Assembly (NCBI GenBank): GCA_963806185.1
Contig: CAWDXE010000005.1
Span: forward strand, 128,001 to 192,000
Length of the DNA stretch: 64,000 nt
Origin: an uncultured candidate division Zixibacteria bacterium
GTDB lineage: Bacteria; Zixibacteria; MSB-5A5; GN15; FEB-12
Reading direction: 5' to 3'
Part shown: piece by piece, positions 10,350-20,589 of the stretch
How the letters are laid out: each line of letters starts with the position of its first letter
How positions within the stretch are numbered: the first letter of the stretch is position 1
Notes under the pieces: generated by a model
The model's input: the letters and a program-made list of their open reading frames with translations, nothing else
What the model was told of the DNA's origin: nothing
Databases searched by the model: none
Position numbers and translations under genes: made by a program

Positions 10350-10628
10350 ATGTCGGTCAATGATTATGTCGTCTGCGATGGCTGCGGAAAGATTATCACG
10401 CGCCCTGAAGACGGGTTCATGATCAAGGGGAACATCTGGGCGGCCGACCCAGGCGAGAATCGCGCGCTGTTGGTCGGGAATAACTACCCGGAGACTCGCA
10501 ATTTTGCCGTGACGCTTGCCGAGATCGGCGAATCGCATCTGTGCACGAATTGTATGGTACGGCATCTGGGGTTGGGCCAGGAATTCATGACGACTCATGT
10601 CGACAAGCGGTTGGCGCGTTCGGCGTGA
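10350..10628 (+). CDS. Small putative Zn-binding protein
   Basis: CDGC near the N-terminus and HLCTNC; 92 aa; purine-rich upstream region. Confidence 0.65.
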   Translation: MSVNDYVVCDGCGKIITRPEDGFMIKGNIWAADPGENRALLVGNNYPETRNFAVTLAEIGESHLCTNCMVRHLGLGQEFMTTHVDKRLARSA

Positions 10629-10720
10629 CGGACACAGACATCTATTAGAGCATACGATAGAGCAACGCAACGGCGGGTGATGAGCCCGCCGTTGGTGTTT
10701 GTGGGGGGGGATTTGTCGCC

Positions 10721-10958
10721 CTTCGACTGCGCTCGAGGCGGCGAGATATGGGAATGATCGCATAAGAAGATAAATGATTGGGGCTGGTTGAAGGATTTCC
10801 CCACCTGGATTCCCGCATTCGCGGGAATGACAAACAAGGGGGGAATGACAAACAGGGCGGGAATGACATTCATGGCCGGCGTACGTCTCGTGCGCCAGCA
10901 GGCGTGAAGAGAGAGGTTGCTTCGTCCCCTTCGGCTCCGCTCAGGGTCCTCGCAATGA
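10721..10958. repeat. Cluster of REP-like palindromes
   Basis: CTTCGACTGCGCTC 10721; GGATTCCCGC..GCGGGAATGACA 10805-10832 plus two arm copies; GGCCGGCGTACGTCTCGTGCGCCAGC 10874-10899; GAGGTTGCTTCGTC..CTCGCAATGA 10913-10958. Confidence 0.85.
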
Positions 10959-10985
10959 GTATTGTGAGGCACGCATGTGATTCTG

Positions 10986-12926
10986 TCACAGGAGTTCGGG
11001 CAGATTGCGGAATTGCTCCAGAGACGACGGATTGGCGAGGGCGTCGAGGTTAGTAACCTCCAGACCGTGCACGATGCGTTGGACGGCCAATTCGACCTTC
11101 TTCGCGTTGATCGTACGCGGGACTTCTTTGATCTGCAGAATGATCGCCGGGACGTGACGGGTCGTTGTCCGGCTGCGGATCGTCTCACGGATTTTCAGCT
11201 TCAGCGGTTCATCCAGAGTCAAACCCTCGCGCAAAACGACAAAGAGCACCACCCGGACATCGTTGCGATAATGCTGGCCGATGACAACCGAATCGACAAC
11301 GTCAGGCAGTGATTCCACCGGCGTGTAGATTTCCGCCGTACCGATACGCACGCCGCCGGGGTTCAGCGTGGCGTCGGAGCGACCATAGACAATCACCCCG
11401 CCATGCTTAGTGATCTTGATATAGTCGCCGTGACGCCAGACACCGGTGTACGTATCAAAATAGGCGGCACGATATTTCGCACCGTCCGGATCATTCCAGA
11501 ACGAAACCGGCATCGAGACAAACGGCGCGGTGCAGACCAGTTCGCCGACTTCATCAATGACCGGCCGACCGCGATCGTCGAACGTTTCGACACTCATGCC
11601 CAAGCCACGACACTGGATTTCCTCTGAGTAAACCGGCAGATTTGGATTGCCGAGCATGAAGCAGGAGATGATGTCGGTGCCTCCGGAGATTGATGATAGT
11701 TGAATATCGGATTTCACTTTGTGATAGACCCAGGCAAAATCATCAGCCGAAAGCGGCGAACCGGTGGACAAGATAGCGCGCAACGATGTCTGGTCGCAGG
11801 AATCCGACGGCCGGAATCCGGCGTGACGGCAGGACGACAGAAACTTTGGACTGGTGCCAAAGACCGTGATCTTGTGGTCGTCAACAGCCCGCCAGAGCAT
11901 CTCAATATCCGGATAGGCCGGACTGCCTTCATAGAGGAACAAAGTCGCGCCGACCTGCAGGCCACTGACCAGCCAGTTCCACATCATCCAGCCGCACGTG
12001 GTGAAGTAGAAGAGGACATCCTCGCGACCAAGGTCGGTGTGGTAGACATGTTCTTTGTAGTGCTGGAGGAGCGTCCCCCCTGCGCCGTGGACAATGCACT
12101 TCGGTTTGCCGGTGGTGCCGGACGAATACATGATGTAGACGGGGTGATCGAAGGGGAGTTGGGCGAAGGCAATTTCGGTGGCGGTTCGGTCGAGGAGATT
12201 GGGCCAGAGCATGTTGCTTCCGGAAACCTTCGGTGCCTCGGCCAGGAAGGGGACAATGATCGTATGTTGGACGCTGGGAATACTCGCGGCTATGTCATGA
12301 ACGCGATCGAGCAGGTGGTGAGCTTTTCCCTGATATGAGTAGCCGTCGGCAGCGATGAGAACTTTGGGTTCGATCTGGCTGAAACGGTCGAGCACGCCCT
12401 GCGCGCCGAAGTCGGGCGAACAGGAGGTCCAGAGGGCGCCGAGGGAGGTAGTGGCGAGCATGGCGATCGCGGTTTCGGGTATATTGGGCAAGTAGCCGGC
12501 GACGCGGTCCCCCTCCCCTACGCCTAGTTCGCGCAGGCCGGTGGCGCAGGCGGCGACCTGAGCGTAGAGTTCGCGATAGGTGAAGATCCGCACGGGGCGA
12601 TGTTCGCATTTGGCGATGATGGCAACCTGATCGTCGCGATACCTGAGGAGATTCTCGGCGAAGTTCAGTTTAGCATCGGTGAACCAGCGCGCGCCGGGCA
12701 TGGTAGCACGGGTCAGGACGCTGGTGTACGGTTGCGAATGGATGATCTCTGCATCCTGCCAGACCAGTTCCCAGAAGGCGGCTGGATCGGTGCACGACCA
12801 GGCGTGAAGTTGTTCGTAGTCGGCGAAAGATCGTCCGGCAGCGCGCTCGGCAAGGTGGGTGAACCGGGACATATGAGAGGCGATGACGCGGTCGGGCGAC
12901 GGTGTCCAGAGGGGGAGTTCGGTCAT
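10986..12926 (-). CDS. Acetoacetate--CoA ligase
   Basis: PLWTPS N-terminus; YIMYSSGTTGKPKCIVH; SISGGTDIISCF; WRHGD; GRSDATLNPGGVRIGTAEIY. Confidence 0.93.
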   Translation of the reverse strand: MTELPLWTPSPDRVIASHMSRFTHLAERAAGRSFADYEQLHAWSCTDPAAFWELVWQDAEIIHSQPYTSVLTRATMPGARWFTDAKLNFAENLLRYRDDQVAIIAKCEHRPVRIFTYRELYAQVAACATGLRELGVGEGDRVAGYLPNIPETAIAMLATTSLGALWTSCSPDFGAQGVLDRFSQIEPKVLIAADGYSYQGKAHHLLDRVHDIAASIPSVQHTIIVPFLAEAPKVSGSNMLWPNLLDRTATEIAFAQLPFDHPVYIMYSSGTTGKPKCIVHGAGGTLLQHYKEHVYHTDLGREDVLFYFTTCGWMMWNWLVSGLQVGATLFLYEGSPAYPDIEMLWRAVDDHKITVFGTSPKFLSSCRHAGFRPSDSCDQTSLRAILSTGSPLSADDFAWVYHKVKSDIQLSSISGGTDIISCFMLGNPNLPVYSEEIQCRGLGMSVETFDDRGRPVIDEVGELVCTAPFVSMPVSFWNDPDGAKYRAAYFDTYTGVWRHGDYIKITKHGGVIVYGRSDATLNPGGVRIGTAEIYTPVESLPDVVDSVVIGQHYRNDVRVVLFVVLREGLTLDEPLKLKIRETIRSRTTTRHVPAIILQIKEVPRTINAKKVELAVQRIVHGLEVTNLDALANPSSLEQFRNLPELL

Positions 12927-12938
12927 AGCACGATTAGA

Positions 12939-13913
12939 TCAGCGGCGTCCGTGGCGGACTCGTTCAGCAAACAGGGCGACTTTCCAGGCAAATTCAGTAT
13001 CGTCGTAGTCGAGCGCACGGCGGGCGGTCAGGTCGAACAGGCAGTCGGAGGCGGGATGATCATTGCGAAGCAGAGCAAAGGCGGCCCGGAGCATGTGCGG
13101 ATATTCGCCCAAACGTTCGTAGCGATGGAACGATTCAAGTGATTCATCGGCGGCCGGGACCGATTCAATGAGAGCGTCGATTTCGGAATCGGTTGGCATG
13201 GTCATCGTATTGCCGAACTGCGCGATATTGTTCGCGGTGAAGATATCTGATTTGCGAATGAATTCGGGCAGGGCATCGTAGCCGATCCCTTTTCGCTCGA
13301 TCGGCTTTTTCACTTTGAAAATCGCGCTCCCTACCGCACGGCAGTAGTAGTCGCCGCTCATACGGGCGACCAGGTCGATGCGCTGGGGGTCGATGACGCC
13401 GTTGACAATGATATCCTCGGCCACGTGGAATTTGACCACCTCGCAGATAGCCAGGTTGCCGGAGCCGTGCTTTTCGCCCAGCGTGATCATCTGACGCAAG
13501 ACACACTCCATCTGGAAGGGAGATTGGGCAACGCGCGAAGGACGCACGAGGTCGGAAGGAACCGGAGTCAGGCCGGACTTGGTGAATTCGTTGACGCCGG
13601 TCGGGTATTCGGTGGAAGCGAGGCTGACTTGCTGGACCATGTCGTAGGTGACGGCGTTGATGACGCACTCTTTGGTCGCGAGAAGGTTGGTGTAGGTGTC
13701 CTTGGTGCTGCCATCGCGGACACGTCGCGACGGTGAGAAGGCGACGGTGGGAGGATTGGCGCCGAAAGCGTTGAAAAAGGAAAAGGGGGACAAATTCGGC
13801 AGTCCGTCCAACGCACAAGTAGAGACCAGGGCGATGGGGCGCGGGCCGACACCGCCGAGGAGAAAGTTCTGGACGTCCTTAATGGGGACGTCACCCGGGA
13901 TAACGTGGAGCAT
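12939..13913 (-). CDS. Flavin reductase-like (DIM6/NTAB) protein with C-terminal extension
   Basis: PRPIALVST, NLSPFSFFN, KDTYTNL, ARMSGDYY; start MLHVIPG (the longer ORF extends into a repeat region). Confidence 0.85.
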   Translation of the reverse strand: MLHVIPGDVPIKDVQNFLLGGVGPRPIALVSTCALDGLPNLSPFSFFNAFGANPPTVAFSPSRRVRDGSTKDTYTNLLATKECVINAVTYDMVQQVSLASTEYPTGVNEFTKSGLTPVPSDLVRPSRVAQSPFQMECVLRQMITLGEKHGSGNLAICEVVKFHVAEDIIVNGVIDPQRIDLVARMSGDYYCRAVGSAIFKVKKPIERKGIGYDALPEFIRKSDIFTANNIAQFGNTMTMPTDSEIDALIESVPAADESLESFHRYERLGEYPHMLRAAFALLRNDHPASDCLFDLTARRALDYDDTEFAWKVALFAERVRHGRR

Positions 13914-13978
13914 GGGAGTATGTAATCGCCGGCGGGGTAGTTTGGCAAGCGGTTTTGTTTCGGTCACTCGCCTACGGG

Positions 13979-14680
13979 CCCTCACCCCGGCTCTCTCCCG
14001 GGGGGAGGGAGTAAGAATAGCGTGTGAAGCCTTACAGTCAGGCTCGCAGGGAGCCTGACCTTTCCGGACACGCGCTAATGCCATGCCCTACCGGCCCTCA
14101 CCCCAGCCCTGTAGGGCTAACCCCATTGTCCATTTATCAAGGCGTTTGCCATATTCTCTTCTCGACTTTACGCTTGGCGGACCCCTTGATGAATTGAAAA
14201 TGGGGTCCGCCCTACTCGTTCTACTACCGGCCCTCACCTCAGCCCTCTCCCAGAGGGAGAAGGAGAAAAAGCAGCACGTGAGGTTGAGAGTATTTGCGCA
14301 AGACGGAATGAGGGCCCCATGGATTCCGGACCGGGTGTCCGGAATGACAATGATGCAAGGGTTCTTCACTCTGAGATTCCGGACCTTCGGTCCGGAATGA
14401 CAATGCAAGAAGCATGTTTTGGGTCGGCTGGCGCACGAGACGTACGCCAGCCACAGGATTTAAATGAAAGGTGCGGTCAGGCACGAAGGCCTGACCGCAC
14501 ACGTATTCGGTCTCGTCTGCGCCCGACCCGGCGGAGTGCGGCGATGAGAGATTATTGTGCGAAATGAAAAGGGCAAACCCCTTGTTAAATAGAAAATGGG
14601 GTTTGCCCTACGCCTGCTGTCAGGCTCGCAGGGAGCCTGACCTACTGTCTATCTTCAGGGGCGCAAGGCCCCTGACCTAC
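13979..14680. repeat. Largest cluster of REP-like palindromes (about 10 elements)
   Basis: Elements at 13979-14010, 14037-14060, 14231-14264, 14321-14349, 14375-14402, 14426-14452, 14471-14500, about 14570-14611, 14619-14645, 14655-14680. Confidence 0.85.
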
Positions 14681-16507
14681 CTATTCGACGGTGACGGATT
14701 TGGCGAGGTTGCGCGGTTGGTCGACATGGCAGCCGCGCATAACGGCTATATGATACGCCAGCAGCTGCAGCGGAATCACCGACAGGAGCGGGGTCAACAA
14801 ACGGAAGGTCGGCGGAACGTAGATGACGTGATTGACGTGTTCGGCGATTTCGTGGTCACCCTCAGTGGCTATGGCGATCACCTGACCCTGACGGGCACGG
14901 ACCTCGGAAATGTTGGACATAACCTTGTCATAGACGGGATCTTTCAAGGCGATAACGACCACCGGCATATTTTCGTCGATCAAGGCGATCGGGCCGTGCT
15001 TCATTTCGGCCGCCGGATACCCCTCGGCGTGAATGTAGGAGATTTCCTTGAGTTTCAACGCACCCTCGAGCGCGACCGGGAAATTAATGCCGCGGCCGAG
15101 GTAGAGGAAGTTGTTCGCCTTATAATAGGCCGCAGCGATCTTCTTGATCGATTCCTCGGTTGATAGAATCCGTTCGATCTGTGCGGGGATCTGATTCATG
15201 GCGTCGATCATTTCGCGGCCCTGTTGCATAGACCAGGAGCGCATCCGGCCCATCAGATTGGCGATCAGCGCGAGGACCATAACCTGCGAAGTGAAGGCCT
15301 TGGTGGAGGCAACACCGATTTCGGGGCCGGCGTGAATATACACGCCGCCGTCGGACTCACGAGCGATGGTCGAACCGACCACGTTGACAATGCCGAGCGC
15401 AGTGGCGCCATGTTTCTTGGCTTCGCGCATGGCGGCCAGCGTGTCCGCGGTTTCGCCGGATTGGGAAATGGCAAGTAGGATGGTGTGATCGTCGATGATC
15501 GGCGAGCGATAACGGAATTCGGAAGCGTACTCGACCTCGACGGGCACGCGGGCAACTTCCTCGATCAGGTATTTCCCGATGAGCGAGGAATGCCACGACG
15601 TCCCGCAGGCGGTGATAATGATGCGCTTGATGCGGAGCAATTCGTCGTACTGCAGGTTAAGGCCGTTGAGACGAGCGACGCCGTCATCGAAATTCAACCG
15701 ACCGCGAATAGCATTGCGGAGCGTGCTCGGCTGTTCGTGGATTTCCTTCAGCATGAAGTGATCATAGCCGCTCTTTTCGATTTGGTCGAGCGACCAGGAA
15801 ATCTCTTCGATGGTGGGCGAGATTTTTACGTTGTGAATGGTCGTGATCTGGTAATCAGTCGGCGTAATGGTCGCGATTTCGCCGTCCTCGAGATAGACCA
15901 CGCGATTGGTATATTCGAGCATGGCGCTGACGTCGGAGGCCAGGAAATTCTCATCATCGCCATGACCGATGACCAGCGGCGAGCCCATGCGGGCGGCGAC
16001 AATCTGGTTGGGGTGCAGCGAAGAGACGACGGCGATACCGTAGGTTCCCTCCACCTGAGTAAGGGCGGCGCGAACCGCCTCAGTCAGGTCACCCTTGTAA
16101 TTGAGATGGATAAGGTGAACCAGGATTTCCGTATCGGTTTCAGTCTTGATGACGTAGCCGGCGCGAACCAGGTACTCTTTCAGGGTACGGTAATTTTCGA
16201 TAATACCGTTGTGAACCAGGGCGATTTCGCAATTCTCGTCGGTGTGAGGGTGGGCGTTCACCTGGTTTGGTTCGCCGTGAGTGGCCCAGCGGGTATGCGC
16301 GATACCGTGAGTGGCGTTTAATTCCAGTCCGGAGAGAGCCGCTTCGAGTTGAGCGATCTTCCCCACCGACTTGGAAACAAACAGACCGTCGGGATCGAGC
16401 AGGGCGATACCGGCCGAATCGTAACCGCGGTATTCAAGCCGCTTAAGGCCGTTGAGAAGTACCGGTACTGCTTTTCTTGGTCCTACGTATCCTACAATTC
16501 CGCACAT
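14681..16507 (-). CDS. glmS: Glutamine--fructose-6-phosphate aminotransferase
   Basis: MCGIVG, LEYRGYDSAG, HTRWATHG, PRNLAKSVTVE. Confidence 0.99.
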   Translation of the reverse strand: MCGIVGYVGPRKAVPVLLNGLKRLEYRGYDSAGIALLDPDGLFVSKSVGKIAQLEAALSGLELNATHGIAHTRWATHGEPNQVNAHPHTDENCEIALVHNGIIENYRTLKEYLVRAGYVIKTETDTEILVHLIHLNYKGDLTEAVRAALTQVEGTYGIAVVSSLHPNQIVAARMGSPLVIGHGDDENFLASDVSAMLEYTNRVVYLEDGEIATITPTDYQITTIHNVKISPTIEEISWSLDQIEKSGYDHFMLKEIHEQPSTLRNAIRGRLNFDDGVARLNGLNLQYDELLRIKRIIITACGTSWHSSLIGKYLIEEVARVPVEVEYASEFRYRSPIIDDHTILLAISQSGETADTLAAMREAKKHGATALGIVNVVGSTIARESDGGVYIHAGPEIGVASTKAFTSQVMVLALIANLMGRMRSWSMQQGREMIDAMNQIPAQIERILSTEESIKKIAAAYYKANNFLYLGRGINFPVALEGALKLKEISYIHAEGYPAAEMKHGPIALIDENMPVVVIALKDPVYDKVMSNISEVRARQGQVIAIATEGDHEIAEHVNHVIYVPPTFRLLTPLLSVIPLQLLAYHIAVMRGCHVDQPRNLAKSVTVE

Positions 16508-16521
16508 GGGAGTTCCTCGTT

Positions 16522-17880
16522 CTAGGCAAAAAACCGCATGACCTGCCTGGTCAAGTTATCGGTCAAAGATTGATCGTTTGTCTCTACTATACATCGGAAG
16601 ATCGGCTCGGTATTTGACGAGCGGAGCTGGAGCCAGCCACGGTCAAAATCGAAGCGGAGACCGTCGCGACGGTCAAGATTGTATGTTCCAAGAAGGTTCA
16701 TGGCGGTTGTTTCGAAGTCCTGCAGTCGTTTGATAAAATCACCCGGGAGAGCTGCTTTGGCTTTTATAGTATAGTACCGGGGAAAGGTTTCAGCAAGACG
16801 GCTCAAGGTGGTCCTGGTTTCGGCCAGGGCAGTCAATACCAAGGCGGCGGCGACCAATGAATCCCGGCCGGCATGGAACGAAGGGTAGATCACGCCGCCG
16901 TTGCCTTCGCCGCCGATGACGGCTCGCTTTAACCTCATCATTTCCACCACGTTAGACTCCCCCACCCGGGAATAGAACACTTTCGAGCCGTGTTGAGCGG
17001 CAACGTCAGCGGTAGTGCGCGAGGTCGAGAGGTTTATCACGGTGGGGCCCTTTGTTTTCCTTAAAACACCCATAACCGCGATGGTGAGCGTTAGTTCCTC
17101 GCTGATGGCCTCTCCCTTATCGTTGATGAGCGCCAACCGGTCGGCATCGGGATCACAAGCCATGCCGAGATCGGCCTTATGTTTTTTGACCGCTTTCGCG
17201 AGGCCGGTCAAATTTCTGGGAGTGGGCTCCGGTTCGTGCACGAAGTTGCCATCACCGTCGCAATTGAGCTTGATGACTTTCACCCCCAACTTTTCCAGAA
17301 GCATGGGAAGCGCGAGGGAGCCGGCGCCATTGATGGCGTCGACAACCACTCTGAATTTGCGTCGCCTGATGGCACTCCGATTCACGGTTTTCAGAGCAAG
17401 CGTTTTTGCGACATGTTTCTCGATCCAATTGCTCTGGCGAGTGATTTTGCCGAGCCGATCATGCGGGACGAGGTTGAATTTACCCGACTCGAAAATCTCG
17501 TTGAGCTGCTTATACTCGTCGGGGGTAATGAATTCGCCGCGTTTGTTGAAAAACTTGAGGGCATTCCACTTGATCGGATTATGCGATGCGGTTACACAGA
17601 TACCGCCGATGGCTTTCAATTCCTTGACGGCGATTTCGACGGTCGGGGTCGGGACGATGCCGATGTCGATGACGTCGATGCCGGTGGCGATGAGGCCGGC
17701 AACGACAGCCTGCTGGACCATTTCGCCGGAGGGCCGACTATCGCGGCCGATGACCAGTGTACCCTTTTTGAGAAACGTGCCGAACGCGCAGCCGTAGGCG
17801 GTGATCATGGTTGGATCAAGACCGTTGCCGACAACACCGCGAATTCCTGAGGTAGATTTTACCAGTTCGATTTGGTTCAT
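16522..17880 (-). CDS. glmM: Phosphoglucosamine mutase / phosphohexomutase
   Basis: SGIRG, TASHNP, DPDADR, GEGNGG; directly upstream of glmS. Confidence 0.85.
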   Translation of the reverse strand: MNQIELVKSTSGIRGVVGNGLDPTMITAYGCAFGTFLKKGTLVIGRDSRPSGEMVQQAVVAGLIATGIDVIDIGIVPTPTVEIAVKELKAIGGICVTASHNPIKWNALKFFNKRGEFITPDEYKQLNEIFESGKFNLVPHDRLGKITRQSNWIEKHVAKTLALKTVNRSAIRRRKFRVVVDAINGAGSLALPMLLEKLGVKVIKLNCDGDGNFVHEPEPTPRNLTGLAKAVKKHKADLGMACDPDADRLALINDKGEAISEELTLTIAVMGVLRKTKGPTVINLSTSRTTADVAAQHGSKVFYSRVGESNVVEMMRLKRAVIGGEGNGGVIYPSFHAGRDSLVAAALVLTALAETRTTLSRLAETFPRYYTIKAKAALPGDFIKRLQDFETTAMNLLGTYNLDRRDGLRFDFDRGWLQLRSSNTEPIFRCIVETNDQSLTDNLTRQVMRFFA

Positions 17881-17941
17881 GATGATAATATCGGATGTTC
17901 TATGTTAAAGAGTAGTCAAAACTCGGGTCAATTCTCGTCAA

Positions 17942-18775
17942 TTATCGCCGCGCACGAGGTGTGCGACGAGCGGTGCTTTTGCTATGTGGAACGCCGGAAA
18001 GAACGGCCATCATGGCGTTGTGCAGATGAGTATTGGAAGCGAGGAGGTCGCGGTCGAAGATGGAATAGGGGCGGCCGTCGATGCGGGAGAGTCTCCCCCC
18101 GGCTTCGCTGACCAACACGCTCGCCGCGGCGGTGTCCCACGGGTGCAATTTTAATTCCCAGAAGCCGTCGACTCGGCCCGCGGCGAGCCAGCAGAGATCG
18201 ATCGCGGCCGAACCGGGACGGCGGATACCCTGTGCCTGCTTCGCCATGCGCGCGAAGAGGCCAAGGTTGTTGCGGCGGGCGGTGCCGATGTCGTAGGCAA
18301 AGCCGGTCGCCAGCAGGGCGCGATGGAGTGATTTCTCGCCGCTGACGTGCAGACGGCGGCCGTTGCAGAAAGCGCCGCCGCCGGCGACGGCATGGAATAA
18401 CTCATCGCGCTCCGGATCATAGACCACGCCCAGCAGCGGCTGCCCGGCCAGTTCAACGCCGATGGAAACGCAGTAGACGGGGAAGCCGTGGGCAAAATTG
18501 ACGGTACCGTCGAGGGGATCGATGATGAAGCGTAAGTCGGCATTCCCCTGCTGATGCGGAGTCTCTTCGGTGATGATGGCAGCCCCGGCGTAGTGACGGC
18601 GGATTTCGCCGACGACGTATTTCTCCGACTTGAGGTCGAATTCGGTGACGGGGTCAATGCGCCCTTTGTACCGGATGCCCATTGTCCGCGTGAAGCCGGA
18701 TTTGAGGATTTTGCCGGCGCCTCGAGCTGTGGCGGCGGTGAATTTCAGCAAGTCGTTCTTCAGCGCAGAATTCAT
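17942..18775 (-). CDS. suhB: Inositol monophosphatase
   Basis: IIDPLDGTVNF, GSAAIDL, PWDTAAA. Confidence 0.9.
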   Translation of the reverse strand: MNSALKNDLLKFTAATARGAGKILKSGFTRTMGIRYKGRIDPVTEFDLKSEKYVVGEIRRHYAGAAIITEETPHQQGNADLRFIIDPLDGTVNFAHGFPVYCVSIGVELAGQPLLGVVYDPERDELFHAVAGGGAFCNGRRLHVSGEKSLHRALLATGFAYDIGTARRNNLGLFARMAKQAQGIRRPGSAAIDLCWLAAGRVDGFWELKLHPWDTAAASVLVSEAGGRLSRIDGRPYSIFDRDLLASNTHLHNAMMAVLSGVPHSKSTARRTPRARR

Positions 18776-18780
18776 GAGCG

Positions 18781-20589
18781 TTATTTCGCGACCGAGGCAT
18801 CGGCCGGGTGAGCGGTCTGTTTTTTGTACTGCATCTGGTAGAGCTTGTGGTAAATCCCGCGCTTCTGCAAGAGTTCAGCATGGGTGCCCATTTCGCGCAA
18901 TTCGCCGTGATGGAGGACGATGATCTTGTCGGCCTTTTCGATTGTGGAGAGGCGGTGGGCGATGACGATCGAGGTTCGTTCGCGGAGGAGTTCGTCGAGG
19001 GCGGTCTGGATGAGTCTTTCGGTTTCGGTGTCGACCGAACTGGTGGCCTCATCGAGAATGAGCAGATCGGGATTAAACGCCAGTGCCCGGGCAAAGGACA
19101 GCAGTTGTTTCTGCCCGGTGGAAAGAGTGGCGCCGCGCTCCTGAATGGCGGTGTGGATGCCGTCGGGCATACGGTCGAAAAACCGGTCGTAGCCGACCCG
19201 CTTGAGGGCATCGATCACTTGTTCGTCGGTGATATCCTTATTGCGCAAGCGGACGTTGCCGGCGAAGTCACCGCTGAACAAATAGACATCCTGCAAAACG
19301 AGCGCGAGGTGAGAGCGGAGATTGTCGACGTCGATCTGCTTCAACTCGACGCCGTCGATACGAATGCTCCCTTTCTGATAATCATAGAAGCGATAGAGGA
19401 GCGAAATGAGGGAGCTCTTCCCCGCGCCCGTGGCGCCGACGACGGCGATCTTCTGTTTCGGCTCGACGGTGAAGCTTATATTTTTCAGCACCCAATCTTC
19501 CTTGTTGTAGGCGAACCAGAGATTGTCGAATTCAATGCGCCCTTCGAATGCTTCAATTTTGCGGGCGCCGACCGGCGTGGCGAGGGCGGGAGGCGTGTCG
19601 AGAATCTGGAAGATACGCTCGGACGAAGCCATGGAGGCCTGGAGGATATTGTATTTTTCGCTCAGGTCCTGAATGGGTCGGTAGAAGCGCTGGACGAGCT
19701 GCAGGAAGGCGACGAGTTCGCCGAAGGTCAACAGGCCCTCCTGGATGCTGAAGCCGCCGAAATAGAGCAGCAGCCCGGTCGACAGCACGCCGATGAATTC
19801 AACCGCCGGATAGAAGACGGCGTAGTAATAGACCGAGCGGAAGTGCTGGTTGCGGAGGTCGGCGTTGATATCGTCAAAGCGCTTATAGGTGCGATCCTCC
19901 TGCGCGAAGAGCTGGACAATGCGAATGCCGGTCAGGTGCTCCTGCAAAAAGGCGTTAAGACGGGCGACCTTGATGCGGACCTCGCGGTAGACGTCGCGGA
20001 CTTTCGCGCGAAAGACGAAGATGGCGGCAATCAGAATCGGCAGCACTGAGAAGGTCACCAGCGCCAGACGCCAGTTGTAGTAGAGCATGGCGCCGACGAT
20101 GAGGAGAAGGGTGAATACGTCACCGATGATGGTGACGACACCCGAAGAGAAGAGTTCGTCGAGGACGTTCACGTCGCTGGTCACGCGGGTCAACAGGCGA
20201 CCGACAGGGTTCTTGTCAAAATAGCCGAGGTGCAGTTTCTGCAGATGGCGGTAGATCTGCATACGCATGTCGTACTGCACCTTCTGGCCGAGGACCATGG
20301 TGATGTAGGTCTGACCATACGATGCGCCGAAGGTAATGAGCATGACCACCAGGTAGGCGAGGACGATCATCAGAAAACCGTTAGGGTCGCCGACCTTGAT
20401 GTAGTCGTCGATGCCGATCTGCACGAGAAAAGTGAGGGCAATCTGCGTGATCGAGCCGAGCAGGAGCAAAAAGACGGCGAGTGACACCGACGCCTTATAG
20501 GGGCGGATGTAGGTGAGCAGCCGTCGCATGAGGCGGTTGTCGTAGGCCTTGCCGAGGGCTTCTTCTTCGTGCAGAGTCGGTTCAGCCAT
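18781..20589 (-). CDS. ABC exporter subunit (TMD+NBD, MdlB-like)
   Basis: GATGAGKS, LSTGQKQ, LILDEATSSVD; TM N-terminal half. Confidence 0.95.
   Translation of the reverse strand: MAEPTLHEEEALGKAYDNRLMRRLLTYIRPYKASVSLAVFLLLLGSITQIALTFLVQIGIDDYIKVGDPNGFLMIVLAYLVVMLITFGASYGQTYITMVLGQKVQYDMRMQIYRHLQKLHLGYFDKNPVGRLLTRVTSDVNVLDELFSSGVVTIIGDVFTLLLIVGAMLYYNWRLALVTFSVLPILIAAIFVFRAKVRDVYREVRIKVARLNAFLQEHLTGIRIVQLFAQEDRTYKRFDDINADLRNQHFRSVYYYAVFYPAVEFIGVLSTGLLLYFGGFSIQEGLLTFGELVAFLQLVQRFYRPIQDLSEKYNILQASMASSERIFQILDTPPALATPVGARKIEAFEGRIEFDNLWFAYNKEDWVLKNISFTVEPKQKIAVVGATGAGKSSLISLLYRFYDYQKGSIRIDGVELKQIDVDNLRSHLALVLQDVYLFSGDFAGNVRLRNKDITDEQVIDALKRVGYDRFFDRMPDGIHTAIQERGATLSTGQKQLLSFARALAFNPDLLILDEATSSVDTETERLIQTALDELLRERTSIVIAHRLSTIEKADKIIVLHHGELREMGTHAELLQKRGIYHKLYQMQYKKQTAHPADASVAK

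Noticed and set aside
16508..16521. glmS ribozyme
   Set aside because: Only 14 bp between glmM and glmS
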